From Candidatus Oxydemutator sp. (lineage in GTDB: Bacteria; Pseudomonadota; Gammaproteobacteria; Poriferisulfidales; Oxydemutatoraceae), in contig OZ241883.1 in assembly GCA_965203445.1 (NCBI GenBank), positions 1,844,315-1,908,314 on the forward strand: a DNA stretch of 64,000 nucleotides, read 5' to 3'. This document shows, in pieces, positions 16,073-24,579 of this stretch (positions within the stretch are counted from its first letter, which is position 1; the number at the start of each line of letters is the position of its first letter). The notes beneath the pieces are model-generated. The model saw nothing but the letters and a program-made list of their open reading frames with translations. It was not told the origin of the DNA and ran no database searches. A program made the position numbers and the translations under genes.

Positions 16073-17269
16073 ATGAAAAACAACCTGGAAGAATTGTTGC
16101 GCGGCACCGCCGAAGTGCTGCTGCCGGAGGAACTTGAAAAGCGCTTGGCCGCGGGCAGACCGCTGGTGGTCAAGGCCGGTTTCGATCCGACGGCGCCCGA
16201 CCTGCACCTGGGACATACGGTGTTGATCAACAAGTTGCGGCAGTTTCAGCGGCAGGGGCACGCGGTCAAGTTCGTGATCGGCGATTTTACCGGCATGATC
16301 GGCGACCCGAGCGGGCGCGACAAAATGCGCCCGCCGCTGACCAGGGAGCAGGTCGAGGAAAACGCCGCGACCTACGCCGGGCAGATCTACCGGATACTCG
16401 ACGAGGACGCGACCGACGTCTGCTTCAACTCGAAATGGCTGGCGGCGCTGTCGGCGGAAGACATCGTGGCGCTGGCCGCGCGCCACACCGTCGCGCGCAT
16501 GTTGGAACGCGACGATTTCCAGAAACGCTACAGCGGCGGACGGGCGATCGGCATCCACGAGTTTCTGTACCCGTTGCTACAGGGCTACGACTCGGTCGCT
16601 TTGCGCGCCGACGTCGAGTTGGGCGGCGTCGATCAGAAGTTCAACCTGCTGGTCGGCAGGGAATTGCAGAAAGACTACGGCCAGCCGCCGCAGGTTGTGA
16701 TGACGATGCCGTTGCTCGAGGGGCTGGACGGCGTGCGCAAGATGTCGAAGTCGCTGGACAACCACGTCGCGGTCGCGGCGTCGCCGGCGGAGACGTTCGG
16801 TCGGCTGATGTCGGTGTCGGACGAGTTGATGTGGCGCTATTTCGAGTTGCTGAGCCTGCGCCCGGGCGCGGACGTCGCGCTGCTCAGGCAGGCGGTCGCG
16901 GACGGACGCAACCCGCGCGACGTCAAGTTCGAGTTGGCCGGGGAGATCGTCGCGCGTTTTCACGACGCGCGCGCCGCGGCCGCCGCGCGCGACGATTTCA
17001 TCGCGCGTTTTCAGGAGCGCGCGACGCCGGACGACCTCGAGACGCGCGAGGTGACGATTGCCGAAGCGCGGGTGCCGTTGGCGGTGTTGCTGCGCATGTC
17101 GTCGCTGACCGCGTCGTCATCCGAGGCGCGGCGCATGATTCGGCAGGGCGCGGTGCGCGTGGACGGCGAGAAGATCGAGGACGCCGATCTTGAGGTCGAG
17201 GCCGGCAGCGAGCGCGTGTACCAGGTGGGGCGCCGCCGCTTTCAGCGTATCCGCGTAATCAGGTCCTGA
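16073..17269 (+). CDS. tyrS: tyrosine--tRNA ligase
   Basis: HIGH-type motif 'PDLHLGHTV', KMSKS motif 'KMSKSL', and a C-terminal S4-like domain. The start is placed at the internal ATG ([11 protein letters not shown]). Confidence 0.9.
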   Translation: MKNNLEELLRGTAEVLLPEELEKRLAAGRPLVVKAGFDPTAPDLHLGHTVLINKLRQFQRQGHAVKFVIGDFTGMIGDPSGRDKMRPPLTREQVEENAATYAGQIYRILDEDATDVCFNSKWLAALSAEDIVALAARHTVARMLERDDFQKRYSGGRAIGIHEFLYPLLQGYDSVALRADVELGGVDQKFNLLVGRELQKDYGQPPQVVMTMPLLEGLDGVRKMSKSLDNHVAVAASPAETFGRLMSVSDELMWRYFELLSLRPGADVALLRQAVADGRNPRDVKFELAGEIVARFHDARAAAAARDDFIARFQERATPDDLETREVTIAEARVPLAVLLRMSSLTASSSEARRMIRQGAVRVDGEKIEDADLEVEAGSERVYQVGRRRFQRIRVIRS

Positions 17270-17874
17270 CCGCGCAGCTCGCGGTGGATCGTGAGATCGC
17301 GGTGCAGCCGCTCGATCCGGCGCCGCAATTCTTCCAGGTCGCCGTTGTTGTCCAGCACCACGTGCGCGGCTTGCAGCCTCTCGTCGCGTCCGGCCTGGGT
17401 CGCAAAGATTTTGCGCACCGCGGCCTCGTCGCAGCCGTCGCGCTCGATGATGCGCGTCGTCCGCGTGCGCTCGTCGCAATCCATGACGACGACGACGTCC
17501 ACCAGGTCGTCCATGCCGGCCTCCAACAGCAGCGGCGCACTGATGACGCAGTATGCGTGGTCGGCGTCGAGCGCCGCGGTGCGCCGCTCGATCTCGCGCC
17601 GCACCGCGGGATGCAAAATCGCGTTCAGCCGCCGTCGCGCGTCGGTGTCGTCGAAGATCAGGCGGCGCAATCGCGCGCGCTCCAGGCGCCCGTCCTGGTC
17701 GAGCATTTCGTCGCCGAACGCGGCGCTGATCTTCTCGAGGTGCGGGGCGCCCGGGCGCGTCAATTCGCGCGCGATTTCGTCGGCGTCGAGCAGCGGCGCG
17801 CCGTGTGCGCGAAACATCGCGCCGGCCTCGCTCTTGCCGCAGCCGACGCCGCCGCTCAGGCCGACGCGGATCAC
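17242..17874 (-). CDS. coaE: dephospho-CoA kinase
   Basis: From the GTG at 17872-17874 it reads '[18 protein letters not shown]' (P-loop). 210 aa. The GTG overlaps the pilD stop (GTGA). The 3' end overlaps tyrS by 28 nt in convergent orientation. Confidence 0.85.
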   Translation of the reverse strand: MIRVGLSGGVGCGKSEAGAMFRAHGAPLLDADEIARELTRPGAPHLEKISAAFGDEMLDQDGRLERARLRRLIFDDTDARRRLNAILHPAVRREIERRTAALDADHAYCVISAPLLLEAGMDDLVDVVVVMDCDERTRTTRIIERDGCDEAAVRKIFATQAGRDERLQAAHVVLDNNGDLEELRRRIERLHRDLTIHRELRGQDLITRIR

Positions 17875-18716
17875 TGTAGGCTCCCGTTTGCGAGCAGCAG
17901 CCGCAGCGGGTTTTTGAAGGCGTCGGCGGACAGCAGGCACAGCCAGCCGGCGAGCGCCAGATGTGGGCCGAACGGAATCCGGGTTGCGCGCCGCCACTTG
18001 CCGGCGGCGATCATCGAAAGGCTTGCCGCGAGACCGCTGAGCGAAGCCAGCAGCACGATGCCGGGCAGCACCTGCCAGCCGAACCAGGCGCCGAGCGCGG
18101 CCAACAACTTGACGTCGCCTCCGCCCAGTCCCTGCCGTTTTCTGAGTGCCGCGTACGAGCGCTCGAGAACGAAGAAGGAGAGGTAGCCGGCGATCGCACC
18201 CATGATCGCCGACTGCGCGTCGGCAAACGTCGCCAGGCCGTTGACGGCGAGACCGAACCACAGCAGCGGCAGCGTGATTGCGTCGGGTAGCAGGCCGTCG
18301 CGCAGGTCTATCGCCGCCAGCGTCGTCAGACACGCGGCGAGTACGACGCCGGCTGAAAACTGCGGCCACGCGTCGTGGGCGAGCGCGACGCCGACGCAAG
18401 CCAGCGCCGTCGTCAGTTCGACTATCGGGTAACGCGGGCTGATCGGCGTCCGGCAGTGTGCGCACCGACCCTTCAAAAGCAGATAGCCCAGCAACGGCAC
18501 GTTGTGGCGCCATGCGATCGGTTGCCGGCAGGCGGGGCAGTGCGACGCCGGCGTCGCCAGCGACAGATGGTCGTAGCCGTCGTCGCCCGGTTCGTCGTCC
18601 GGCTCGCGCTGCGACGGCATCAGCGGCAGACGGTAGATGACGACGTTCAAGAAACTGCCGAGTATCAGCCCGCCGCCAAAAACGGCGGCCAGCCATGGCC
18701 AGGAGGAGTCGAGCAT
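17871..18716 (-). CDS. pilD: prepilin peptidase / N-methyltransferase (A24 family)
   Basis: 281 aa. The Cys motifs 'CPACRQPIAW...GRCAHCRTPI' are present, with multiple TM segments and 'GGGDVKLLAALGAWFG'. Confidence 0.9.
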   Translation of the reverse strand: MLDSSWPWLAAVFGGGLILGSFLNVVIYRLPLMPSQREPDDEPGDDGYDHLSLATPASHCPACRQPIAWRHNVPLLGYLLLKGRCAHCRTPISPRYPIVELTTALACVGVALAHDAWPQFSAGVVLAACLTTLAAIDLRDGLLPDAITLPLLWFGLAVNGLATFADAQSAIMGAIAGYLSFFVLERSYAALRKRQGLGGGDVKLLAALGAWFGWQVLPGIVLLASLSGLAASLSMIAAGKWRRATRIPFGPHLALAGWLCLLSADAFKNPLRLLLANGSLQ

Positions 18717-18997
18717 ACCGGATTATAGGGCAACCGCTGTTCGTGTTCACCGATGCACCGGCAAAAGGTCGTCGGTTTGTCAGGCGTTTCTTTCTCGAGC
18801 GCCCGCTGCGCCCGGAACGTCGCAGTAAATCAGATGAGTGTTATCCCTCGTGGTATGCCTCCAAAATACAGGTTTCAGGGAAACCCCGTTCCGGCGGCGC
18901 ATCAGTGAACCTTTACGGGAATGACGGACTCAAGGGGGCGGCGGGGCAGGTGGGGGGTCGCATTGATTAAAGTTCGGCTATGCCATATGCTAATCGG

Positions 18998-19669
18998 ATG
19001 AGATTGTCTTCCTTTCCGGCGGTTCGGGCGGTGTTCGCGGCCGTTTGTCTGGTCGGGCTTTGTCGGGGTTCGGCGGCACTGGCCGAAGCGGAGGACACCA
19101 GCGCCTCGAGCTACGACGACTGCACCCGAATCGAGCTGGATTTGGAGGCGGCAGCCGGGGCGCTCACCGACGAGGAGAAAATTGCGCTGATGGATAGGGA
19201 GTTTTATGAATCTTTGGCGCGCTTTGACCGTTGCCAGGCTTCGTTCTCGTCCGATGACGGCGGCGGTAGCGATGGCGGCGGTAGCGATGGCGGTGGTAGC
19301 GATGGCGGCGGTAGCGACGGTGGTCAGGGCGGCGGAGTACAATCGGTGCCGTCCGCGTCCGTTTCCGGAACCGACCCGGAAAAAGCCTCGGAAGAGGAAC
19401 CGAAAGAGGGCCGCGAACCGGGGACGCCCGCAGTGCAGCCGGCGACCGCGGAGCACTCGTCCACGCCGCGGGACAACGGCAAGACACCCGACGACATTCC
19501 TCCCGCCAACAACGACGACATAATCGCGCGGGGGCTGCGCGAGGTCGCGGAAAATGAAAAGAATCCCGAGGAAAGAGAGAAGCTATGGAACGAGTACCGC
19601 AAATACAAAAACCTGCCCGTCAAGGAGGCGCCCTCGGAAGAGCGGCCCGCACCAAAGCAGTCCCGATGA
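18998..19669 (+). CDS. secreted acidic repeat protein (hypothetical)
   Basis: Signal-peptide-like N-terminus MRLSSFPAVRAVFAAVCLVGLCRGSAALA. It has four GGGSD repeats and an acidic, Pro-rich C-terminus. The ORF-track start at 18980 is an alternative. First gene of an 8-gene co-directional cluster. Confidence 0.55.
   Translation: MRLSSFPAVRAVFAAVCLVGLCRGSAALAEAEDTSASSYDDCTRIELDLEAAAGALTDEEKIALMDREFYESLARFDRCQASFSSDDGGGSDGGGSDGGGSDGGGSDGGQGGGVQSVPSASVSGTDPEKASEEEPKEGREPGTPAVQPATAEHSSTPRDNGKTPDDIPPANNDDIIARGLREVAENEKNPEEREKLWNEYRKYKNLPVKEAPSEERPAPKQSR
19256..19315 (+). repeat. 15-nt coding tandem repeat x4 (gayggcggyggtagc = DGGGS)
   Basis: Four consecutive in-frame units read directly from the sequence, with a partial fifth unit following. 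Confidence 0.85.
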
Positions 19670-20895
19670 GATACCGGTTGTCGCGGGCGGCGTTGGTGCC
19701 GTTGACGTTGCTGCTTTCGGCGTGCGTCACCACCGGAAGTTTCCCTGGTTTCGGCGCGGGCCAAGGCGCCGCGGTCGGCCCCGGCAGCATCGAAGACGAT
19801 GCCGTCTCCGCCACCGCCGGCTTGCCGGCGAACACTCCTAGACTGGACGTCGTCATTCCGGTTTTCGACCCCGGTTTGCCGCAAGATCCCGACGATTACG
19901 CGGACAGCGGCGTGTGGCCGGAGCTGCGCCGTGCCGAGGCCAACCGCTTCGCGTTGAAGATGAAGGAGGCGCTCGAGAAAACCGAGGCCTTCGGCGCGGT
20001 GCGTGTGACCCCCGACAAGACCGCGGTCGGAGACCTGTACATATTAGGCGCCATCGAGGAATCCAACGGCGAGGACGTTGAGATCCGTATCGAAGCGGTG
20101 GCCATGTCCGGCAGGCGCTGGCACGCCGAGACTTATGAGCATCGCGTCAAGGAGGCGTTCTACCAGGACCCGCGCAGCAAGGGCGAAGACCCGTACGCGC
20201 CGGTGTTCGCCGAGGCCGCCGCCGACGTCGTGTCGAAGTTGCGCAAGAAGTCCGGCGACGAGCTGGCGCGGTTGCAGGCCGTAACCGAGATGCGTTTTGC
20301 CGCGTCTCTGTCGCCGGGCGCGTTCGGCGAGCATCTCAAGCAAAGAGGCGACACGTTCACGCTGGCCAGCCTGCCGGCGGAGGCGGATCCGATGCTTGCC
20401 AGGACGCGCGCCTTGCGCGTGCGCGACCAGTTGTTCGTCGACCGTTTGCAGAAACATTACGAGGACTTCGACACGCGCATGGACGAGAGCTATTCGGTTT
20501 GGCAGAAGGAAAGTTTTCAGGAGGTGAAGGCGGCGCGCGCGGCTTCCAGAAAGGCGTGGTTGGAGGGGCTGGCAGGCGCGGTGATCGTCGGTCTTAGCGT
20601 GGCGGCCGCGGTCAGCAGCGACAACCCCAATACCGGGGACGTGGCCCAAGTCGGCGCCGTCGCCGGTGGGCTCCTGATAGCAAAGAGTTTCCAGACGCGG
20701 GAGGAGATGAAGATCCACCGCGAGGCCCTGGCCGAGCTGGGCGAGTCCATCCATACCGAGCTTGCGCCGGCGGTGTTGGAGTTCGAGAACAAGACGGTTA
20801 CGCTTACCGGCAACGTCGAGGAACAGTTCGCCCAATGGCGGACTTATCTGAGGCGCATATACGAGCAGGAGGCGACGCCGGAAGTTCGTATGTAA
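19666..20895 (+). CDS. lipoprotein (hypothetical, 409 aa)
   Basis: MRYRLSRAALVPLTLLLSAC has a lipobox (LLSAC). The ATG overlaps the upstream stop (ATGA at 19666-19669). There are C-terminal Gly/Ala-rich hydrophobic segments (GLAGAVIVGLSVAAAVSS, VGAVAGGLLIA). Confidence 0.6.
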   Translation: MRYRLSRAALVPLTLLLSACVTTGSFPGFGAGQGAAVGPGSIEDDAVSATAGLPANTPRLDVVIPVFDPGLPQDPDDYADSGVWPELRRAEANRFALKMKEALEKTEAFGAVRVTPDKTAVGDLYILGAIEESNGEDVEIRIEAVAMSGRRWHAETYEHRVKEAFYQDPRSKGEDPYAPVFAEAAADVVSKLRKKSGDELARLQAVTEMRFAASLSPGAFGEHLKQRGDTFTLASLPAEADPMLARTRALRVRDQLFVDRLQKHYEDFDTRMDESYSVWQKESFQEVKAARAASRKAWLEGLAGAVIVGLSVAAAVSSDNPNTGDVAQVGAVAGGLLIAKSFQTREEMKIHREALAELGESIHTELAPAVLEFENKTVTLTGNVEEQFAQWRTYLRRIYEQEATPEVRM

Positions 20896-20903
20896 GGCCG
20901 GCG

Positions 20904-22427
20904 ATGGGAAGCCCCGTTGCAGAAAAAGTCGCGGCCGCGGCGGCCGCGAGCGCCACTAGAAAAAAGATCGTCGGGTTCCTGGCGGCCGTTGTTTTTGTCG
21001 TCGTCGCGGTCGTCGCCGCGGCCTACTTTATCTGGTCGCCGCCCGAGACCCGCGTTGCGACGCCCGCGCACGTCGTCGGCGGCGCGGACACGGGCGCCGG
21101 CGAGGGTGCGGGCGCCGGCGGGGGTGTGGGCGCCGGCGGGGGTGCGGGCGCCGACGGGGGTGCGAGCGCCGGCGGAGTCGGCGCCGACGAAGATGCCGAC
21201 GCGCTGAGGCGGGAGTTCAAAAGGCTGCTCAAATCGTTTCAGTCGGAGCTGGAGCCGGCCTTGCGGCGGGTATCCGTCGCCGCGTGGGACGCCGCCGCCC
21301 ACGACGATATATTTTCGCGCAAAGAAAAAGCGTTGCGCGCCTTTGGCGCGGGCAATTATTCGTCCGCCGTCCACCTGCTGCAAGGCGCCTCGGAGGTCGC
21401 CGCCGAGATCCTGCGCTTGGCCGAGCGGAGTTTTCGTTCGAGCATCGAGGCCGCGGCACGCGCCCTGCATGCGAACGACGTCGCCGTCGCGCGCGCGAGC
21501 ATAGCGCGGGCGTTGTTGATAAAGCCGGACGCGGCGGAGGCTTTGGCCCTGCGGGCGCGCATAGCGGTTCTGCCCGAAGTATTGCGGCTGCTGGAAGCGG
21601 CCGATGCGGCGCGTATCGAGAACGATGACGCGCTGCATCGGGCGCGGCTTCAGGAAATCGTGCGCCTGGACGCGGCGCGCGAGGACCTCAAGGAGCGGCT
21701 GCGCGTATTGTCCGAGAGGATGATCGAGCGCGAGTTCACGGGCTACGTCGCCGCCGGCGTGGACGCCGTCGCCAAACGCGACCTGGCGGCCGCGACGCGG
21801 TCTTTGCGGCGCGCGCAGGAGATCCATCCGGCGCGCGAGGAAGTCGCGTTGTTGGAGCGCGACGTGCGGCGACTTGCGCGCCGGGTCGCGCTCCAAGAGC
21901 ATCTGCGCGCGGCCGCCGCGGCCGTGGCCGACGACGACTGGGCGCGGGCGCATCGGCGTTTCCGCGAAGCGGTCGCGGTCGACGCCACCGCGGACGCGGT
22001 CGACGGCGAGAAACTTGCCGCGCGCGTCATCGCCGCGCACGAGGAGATCGCCTCCTATCTGGCGCGCCCGCGCCGGCTGTCCTCGCCAAACGTCGCGGCC
22101 GTGGCCGAGACCGCGCTGCGCGCGACCCGCGATCTGCATCGGGCAAGCCCGTCGCTGGCGCGCCAAGCCGGTATGCTTGAACGGTTGGTCGCCGATTACG
22201 CCACGCCGGTGCCGGTGCTCGTGCGCTCCGACAACCGCACCGAAATCCTCGTGCGCGGCGTCGGCAGAATCGGCAAGATCGGCGAGAAAGTCGTCGACCT
22301 GAGGCCGGGCGCCTACACTTTCGAGGGCAAGCGCCAGGGCTACAGGTCGAAGCTGATCCGCATCGAGGTGGCGCCTCGCCAGCGGCCGCCGGAAGTGACG
22401 CTGATTTGCGATGAGCGCCTGCGATGA
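20904..22427 (+). CDS. membrane-anchored protein: TM, Gly/Ala-rich linker, Ala/Arg-rich helical repeats, C-terminal PEGA-like domain
   Basis: From the ATG at 20904 it reads MGSPVAEKV...IVGFLAAVVFVVVAVVAAAYFIW (TM). The C-terminus 'VLVRSDNRTEILVRGVGRIG...LRPGAYTFEGKRQGYRSKLIRIEV' is PEGA-like. Its stop overlaps the next start (ATGA). Confidence 0.6.
   Translation: MGSPVAEKVAAAAAASATRKKIVGFLAAVVFVVVAVVAAAYFIWSPPETRVATPAHVVGGADTGAGEGAGAGGGVGAGGGAGADGGASAGGVGADEDADALRREFKRLLKSFQSELEPALRRVSVAAWDAAAHDDIFSRKEKALRAFGAGNYSSAVHLLQGASEVAAEILRLAERSFRSSIEAAARALHANDVAVARASIARALLIKPDAAEALALRARIAVLPEVLRLLEAADAARIENDDALHRARLQEIVRLDAAREDLKERLRVLSERMIEREFTGYVAAGVDAVAKRDLAAATRSLRRAQEIHPAREEVALLERDVRRLARRVALQEHLRAAAAAVADDDWARAHRRFREAVAVDATADAVDGEKLAARVIAAHEEIASYLARPRRLSSPNVAAVAETALRATRDLHRASPSLARQAGMLERLVADYATPVPVLVRSDNRTEILVRGVGRIGKIGEKVVDLRPGAYTFEGKRQGYRSKLIRIEVAPRQRPPEVTLICDERLR
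21092..21181 (+). repeat. 18-nt coding tandem repeat x5 (gggcgccggcgggggtgy = GAGGGV/A)
   Basis: Units are at 21092, 21110, 21128, 21146 and 21164 (the last is degenerate), read directly from the sequence. Confidence 0.8.
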
Positions 22428-24448
22428 ACACATTTGACGCGCGCTTGCGCTCGGCGCGCGCGCGCCAGCGTCGCGTGTTTGCGTTCGTCGTTCTCGGCGC
22501 GGTCGCGGCCGTGGTTCTGGTGGTGGCGTTCTGGGCTTCGACCCAGGGCGTATCGCTGATCGTAACACCGCGCGCGGCCGCCGATACACTCGAGTTGCGA
22601 ACCCTGCAGGGGTTCGGGTTCACCGCCGCGACCAGCGTCTACGCCTTCGGCGACGTGGTTGTCGAGGCGCGGGCACCGGGCTTTGTCACCGAGCGGATCG
22701 CGGTCGCATCGGGCAAGCAGAGCACGTTTCTTGAGGTCGCGATGCGCGAGGCGCCGGCATCGTTGCAGGTAACGACCGTGCCTGAGGCCGACGACACCGG
22801 TTGGTTTTTGAACGGCGCGCCGGTCGCGACGTCGCGCAGCCTGTCGTTGGAGACCGCGGCCGGCACGCATACCATAGTCATTAACCATCTTTATTATCAG
22901 AAAGCCGCGCTTGAGGTTTTCGTCGGTCGCGGCCAACGCTTTCGCCGGGAAGTGCGGTTGGCGCCGTTGCGCGGCGAGATCCGAATCCGCACGACGCCGC
23001 CGGGTGCAATGGTCTCGATGGACGGTGCGATCCGCGGCGCCGCTCCCGGCGTCTATCCGACGGCCGGCGGGCGCCGCACCGTTCGCGTCACCCATCCGGG
23101 TTATGAGGAGGTGCGCGACACCATAAATATCACCAACGCGGCCGCCGTCGTCGTAAGAAACTACCGGTTGCGGCCGCAGGGCGCGTTCGTGCGTTTTCGG
23201 TTGCACCCGCCGGGCGGGCGGCTGACGTTGGACGGCAAGCGCGTGGACGCCGCCGGGCGCGTGCGGGTGGACTCGATGCGCGAACACGTGGCGTCTTATT
23301 TCAAGCCGGGCTGGCTGGCGCAAACCGAGACCTTCACGCTGCCGCCGTCGGGCGAGCGCGAAGTGCATCTTTCGCTGCGCGAGGAAATCGGCGTCGTCGA
23401 GGTCGTGTCGAGACCGCCGGCCACGGTGTCGGTCAACGGCGAGAGCGCCGGCGTCACGCCGCTGACCCTGCGCTTGCGCGCCGTCATGCACGAGATCACC
23501 GTCGCCAGAGAGGGCTACCGCAGTGTTACGCGCAAGTTGACCCCCGCCTCCGGCGCCGCCAGGAAGGTGGACGTGACGCTCGTCGAGGAGGCGTCGGCGA
23601 GATTGGCGGAAAGTCCCGCCGTGTACAAGAACAGCATCGGCATGACGCTGCGTTTATTCCGGCGCCCGGGAGTCTTCGAGATGGGGGCGCCGCGTCATGA
23701 ACGAGGCCAGCGCGCCAACGAGTTCCGAAGAAAGGTGCGGCTTGAAAAGGCGTTTTACGCGGCGACGCACGAGACGACCGCGGCGCAATACGCACGATAC
23801 AAGGGCGGCGGCGGCGCGCCGTCGGGGTCGCCGGGCGTGCCCGCGACCGGCGTCACGTGGCTTCAGGCGGCGGCTTTTTGCAACTGGTTGAGCGCCCGGG
23901 AGGGACTGCGGCCTTTTTATCGGTTGCAGCACGGCCGTTATCTCGGCGCCGACGTGCGCGCCGACGGCTACCGTCTGCTCACCGAGGCCGAGTGGGAATG
24001 GCTCGCGCGCAAGGCCGGGCGCGCACGCCAGACCCGCTTTACCTGGGGCGACGCCGACGCGGTGCCGGCGGCGGCGGGCAATCTGGCGGATCGCTCGGCC
24101 AAGGGGAAGCTCCAGTCCTACATTCCAAACTATAGCGACGGCTACGACGGCCTCGCGCCGGTGGCGAGCTTCGCCGCCGATCGGTCGGGACTGTACGACC
24201 TGTCGGGGAACGTCAGCGAGTGGGTACACGACGTATATTCGTTGGCACCGCCCGCGCCCGGCGTCGAAGTGGATCCGGTCGGCCGCGCCGTCGGCCAGGC
24301 CCACGTGTTCAAGGGCTCCAACTGGCGTTCCGCCACGATTACCGAGTTGCGGGCGTCTTTTCGGGAGACCGCCGCCGCCGGACGCGACGATTTGGGTTTT
24401 CGTGTGGCAAGATATTTGTACGGAGGAGAAAACACCGATGATCAATAA
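22424..24448 (+). CDS. membrane-anchored multi-PEGA protein with a C-terminal FGE-sulfatase (SUMF1/EgtB/PvdO-type) domain
   Basis: 674 aa with an N-terminal TM (VFAFVVLGAVAAVVLVVAFWA). PEGA-type repeats include 'IRIRTTPPGAMVSMDG...VTHPGYEEV' and 'VEVVSRPPATVSVNGESAGVTPL...VAREGYRSV'. The C-terminus has 'VTWLQAAAFCNWLS...YRLLTEAEWEWLARK...YDLSGNVSEWVHD...GFRVARYL'. Confidence 0.8.
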   Translation: MNTFDARLRSARARQRRVFAFVVLGAVAAVVLVVAFWASTQGVSLIVTPRAAADTLELRTLQGFGFTAATSVYAFGDVVVEARAPGFVTERIAVASGKQSTFLEVAMREAPASLQVTTVPEADDTGWFLNGAPVATSRSLSLETAAGTHTIVINHLYYQKAALEVFVGRGQRFRREVRLAPLRGEIRIRTTPPGAMVSMDGAIRGAAPGVYPTAGGRRTVRVTHPGYEEVRDTINITNAAAVVVRNYRLRPQGAFVRFRLHPPGGRLTLDGKRVDAAGRVRVDSMREHVASYFKPGWLAQTETFTLPPSGEREVHLSLREEIGVVEVVSRPPATVSVNGESAGVTPLTLRLRAVMHEITVAREGYRSVTRKLTPASGAARKVDVTLVEEASARLAESPAVYKNSIGMTLRLFRRPGVFEMGAPRHERGQRANEFRRKVRLEKAFYAATHETTAAQYARYKGGGGAPSGSPGVPATGVTWLQAAAFCNWLSAREGLRPFYRLQHGRYLGADVRADGYRLLTEAEWEWLARKAGRARQTRFTWGDADAVPAAAGNLADRSAKGKLQSYIPNYSDGYDGLAPVASFAADRSGLYDLSGNVSEWVHDVYSLAPPAPGVEVDPVGRAVGQAHVFKGSNWRSATITELRASFRETAAAGRDDLGFRVARYLYGGENTDDQ

Positions 24449-24578
24449 CGGGATTTTTTACGCGGCGTTGGCGCTCATCGTGATCGTCGCGCTGGCTTAT
24501 CTGGCGGGGGACATTGCCGCCCGCGGCGCGCCGACGGTGGGCTTGAACTCGCCGACCACGTTTCCGGTGGACATCTGA
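24438..24578 (+). CDS. 46-aa single-TM mini-protein (hypothetical)
   Basis: Below the ORF-track size cut-off. Reads MINNGIFYAALALIVIVALAYLAGDIAARGAPTVGLNSPTTFPVDI. GGAGGAG lies 8 nt upstream. The start overlaps the 3' end of the previous gene, and the stop is 1 nt before the next start. Confidence 0.35.
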   Translation: MINNGIFYAALALIVIVALAYLAGDIAARGAPTVGLNSPTTFPVDI

Positions 24579-24579
24579 C

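Noticed and set aside
17875-18750. 5' part of the 502-aa ORF 17242..18750
   Set aside because: Only the last 210 codons (from the GTG at 17874) are dephospho-CoA kinase. Upstream of that, the frame runs out-of-frame through pilD, which is clearly encoded in another frame of the same strand.
19256-21181. Short tandem repeats as a possible CRISPR or minisatellite array
   Set aside because: The units (15 and 18 nt) are contiguous with no spacers, are in-frame, and lie inside coding sequences. They are coding microsatellites, not CRISPR.
20844-22589. 581-aa minus-strand ORF opposite the 20904-22427 gene
   Set aside because: The plus-strand frame has a TM anchor, an in-frame tandem repeat and a PEGA-like end, and it shares an ATGA coupling with its neighbours. 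The minus-strand product is Arg/Gly/Pro-rich and featureless.
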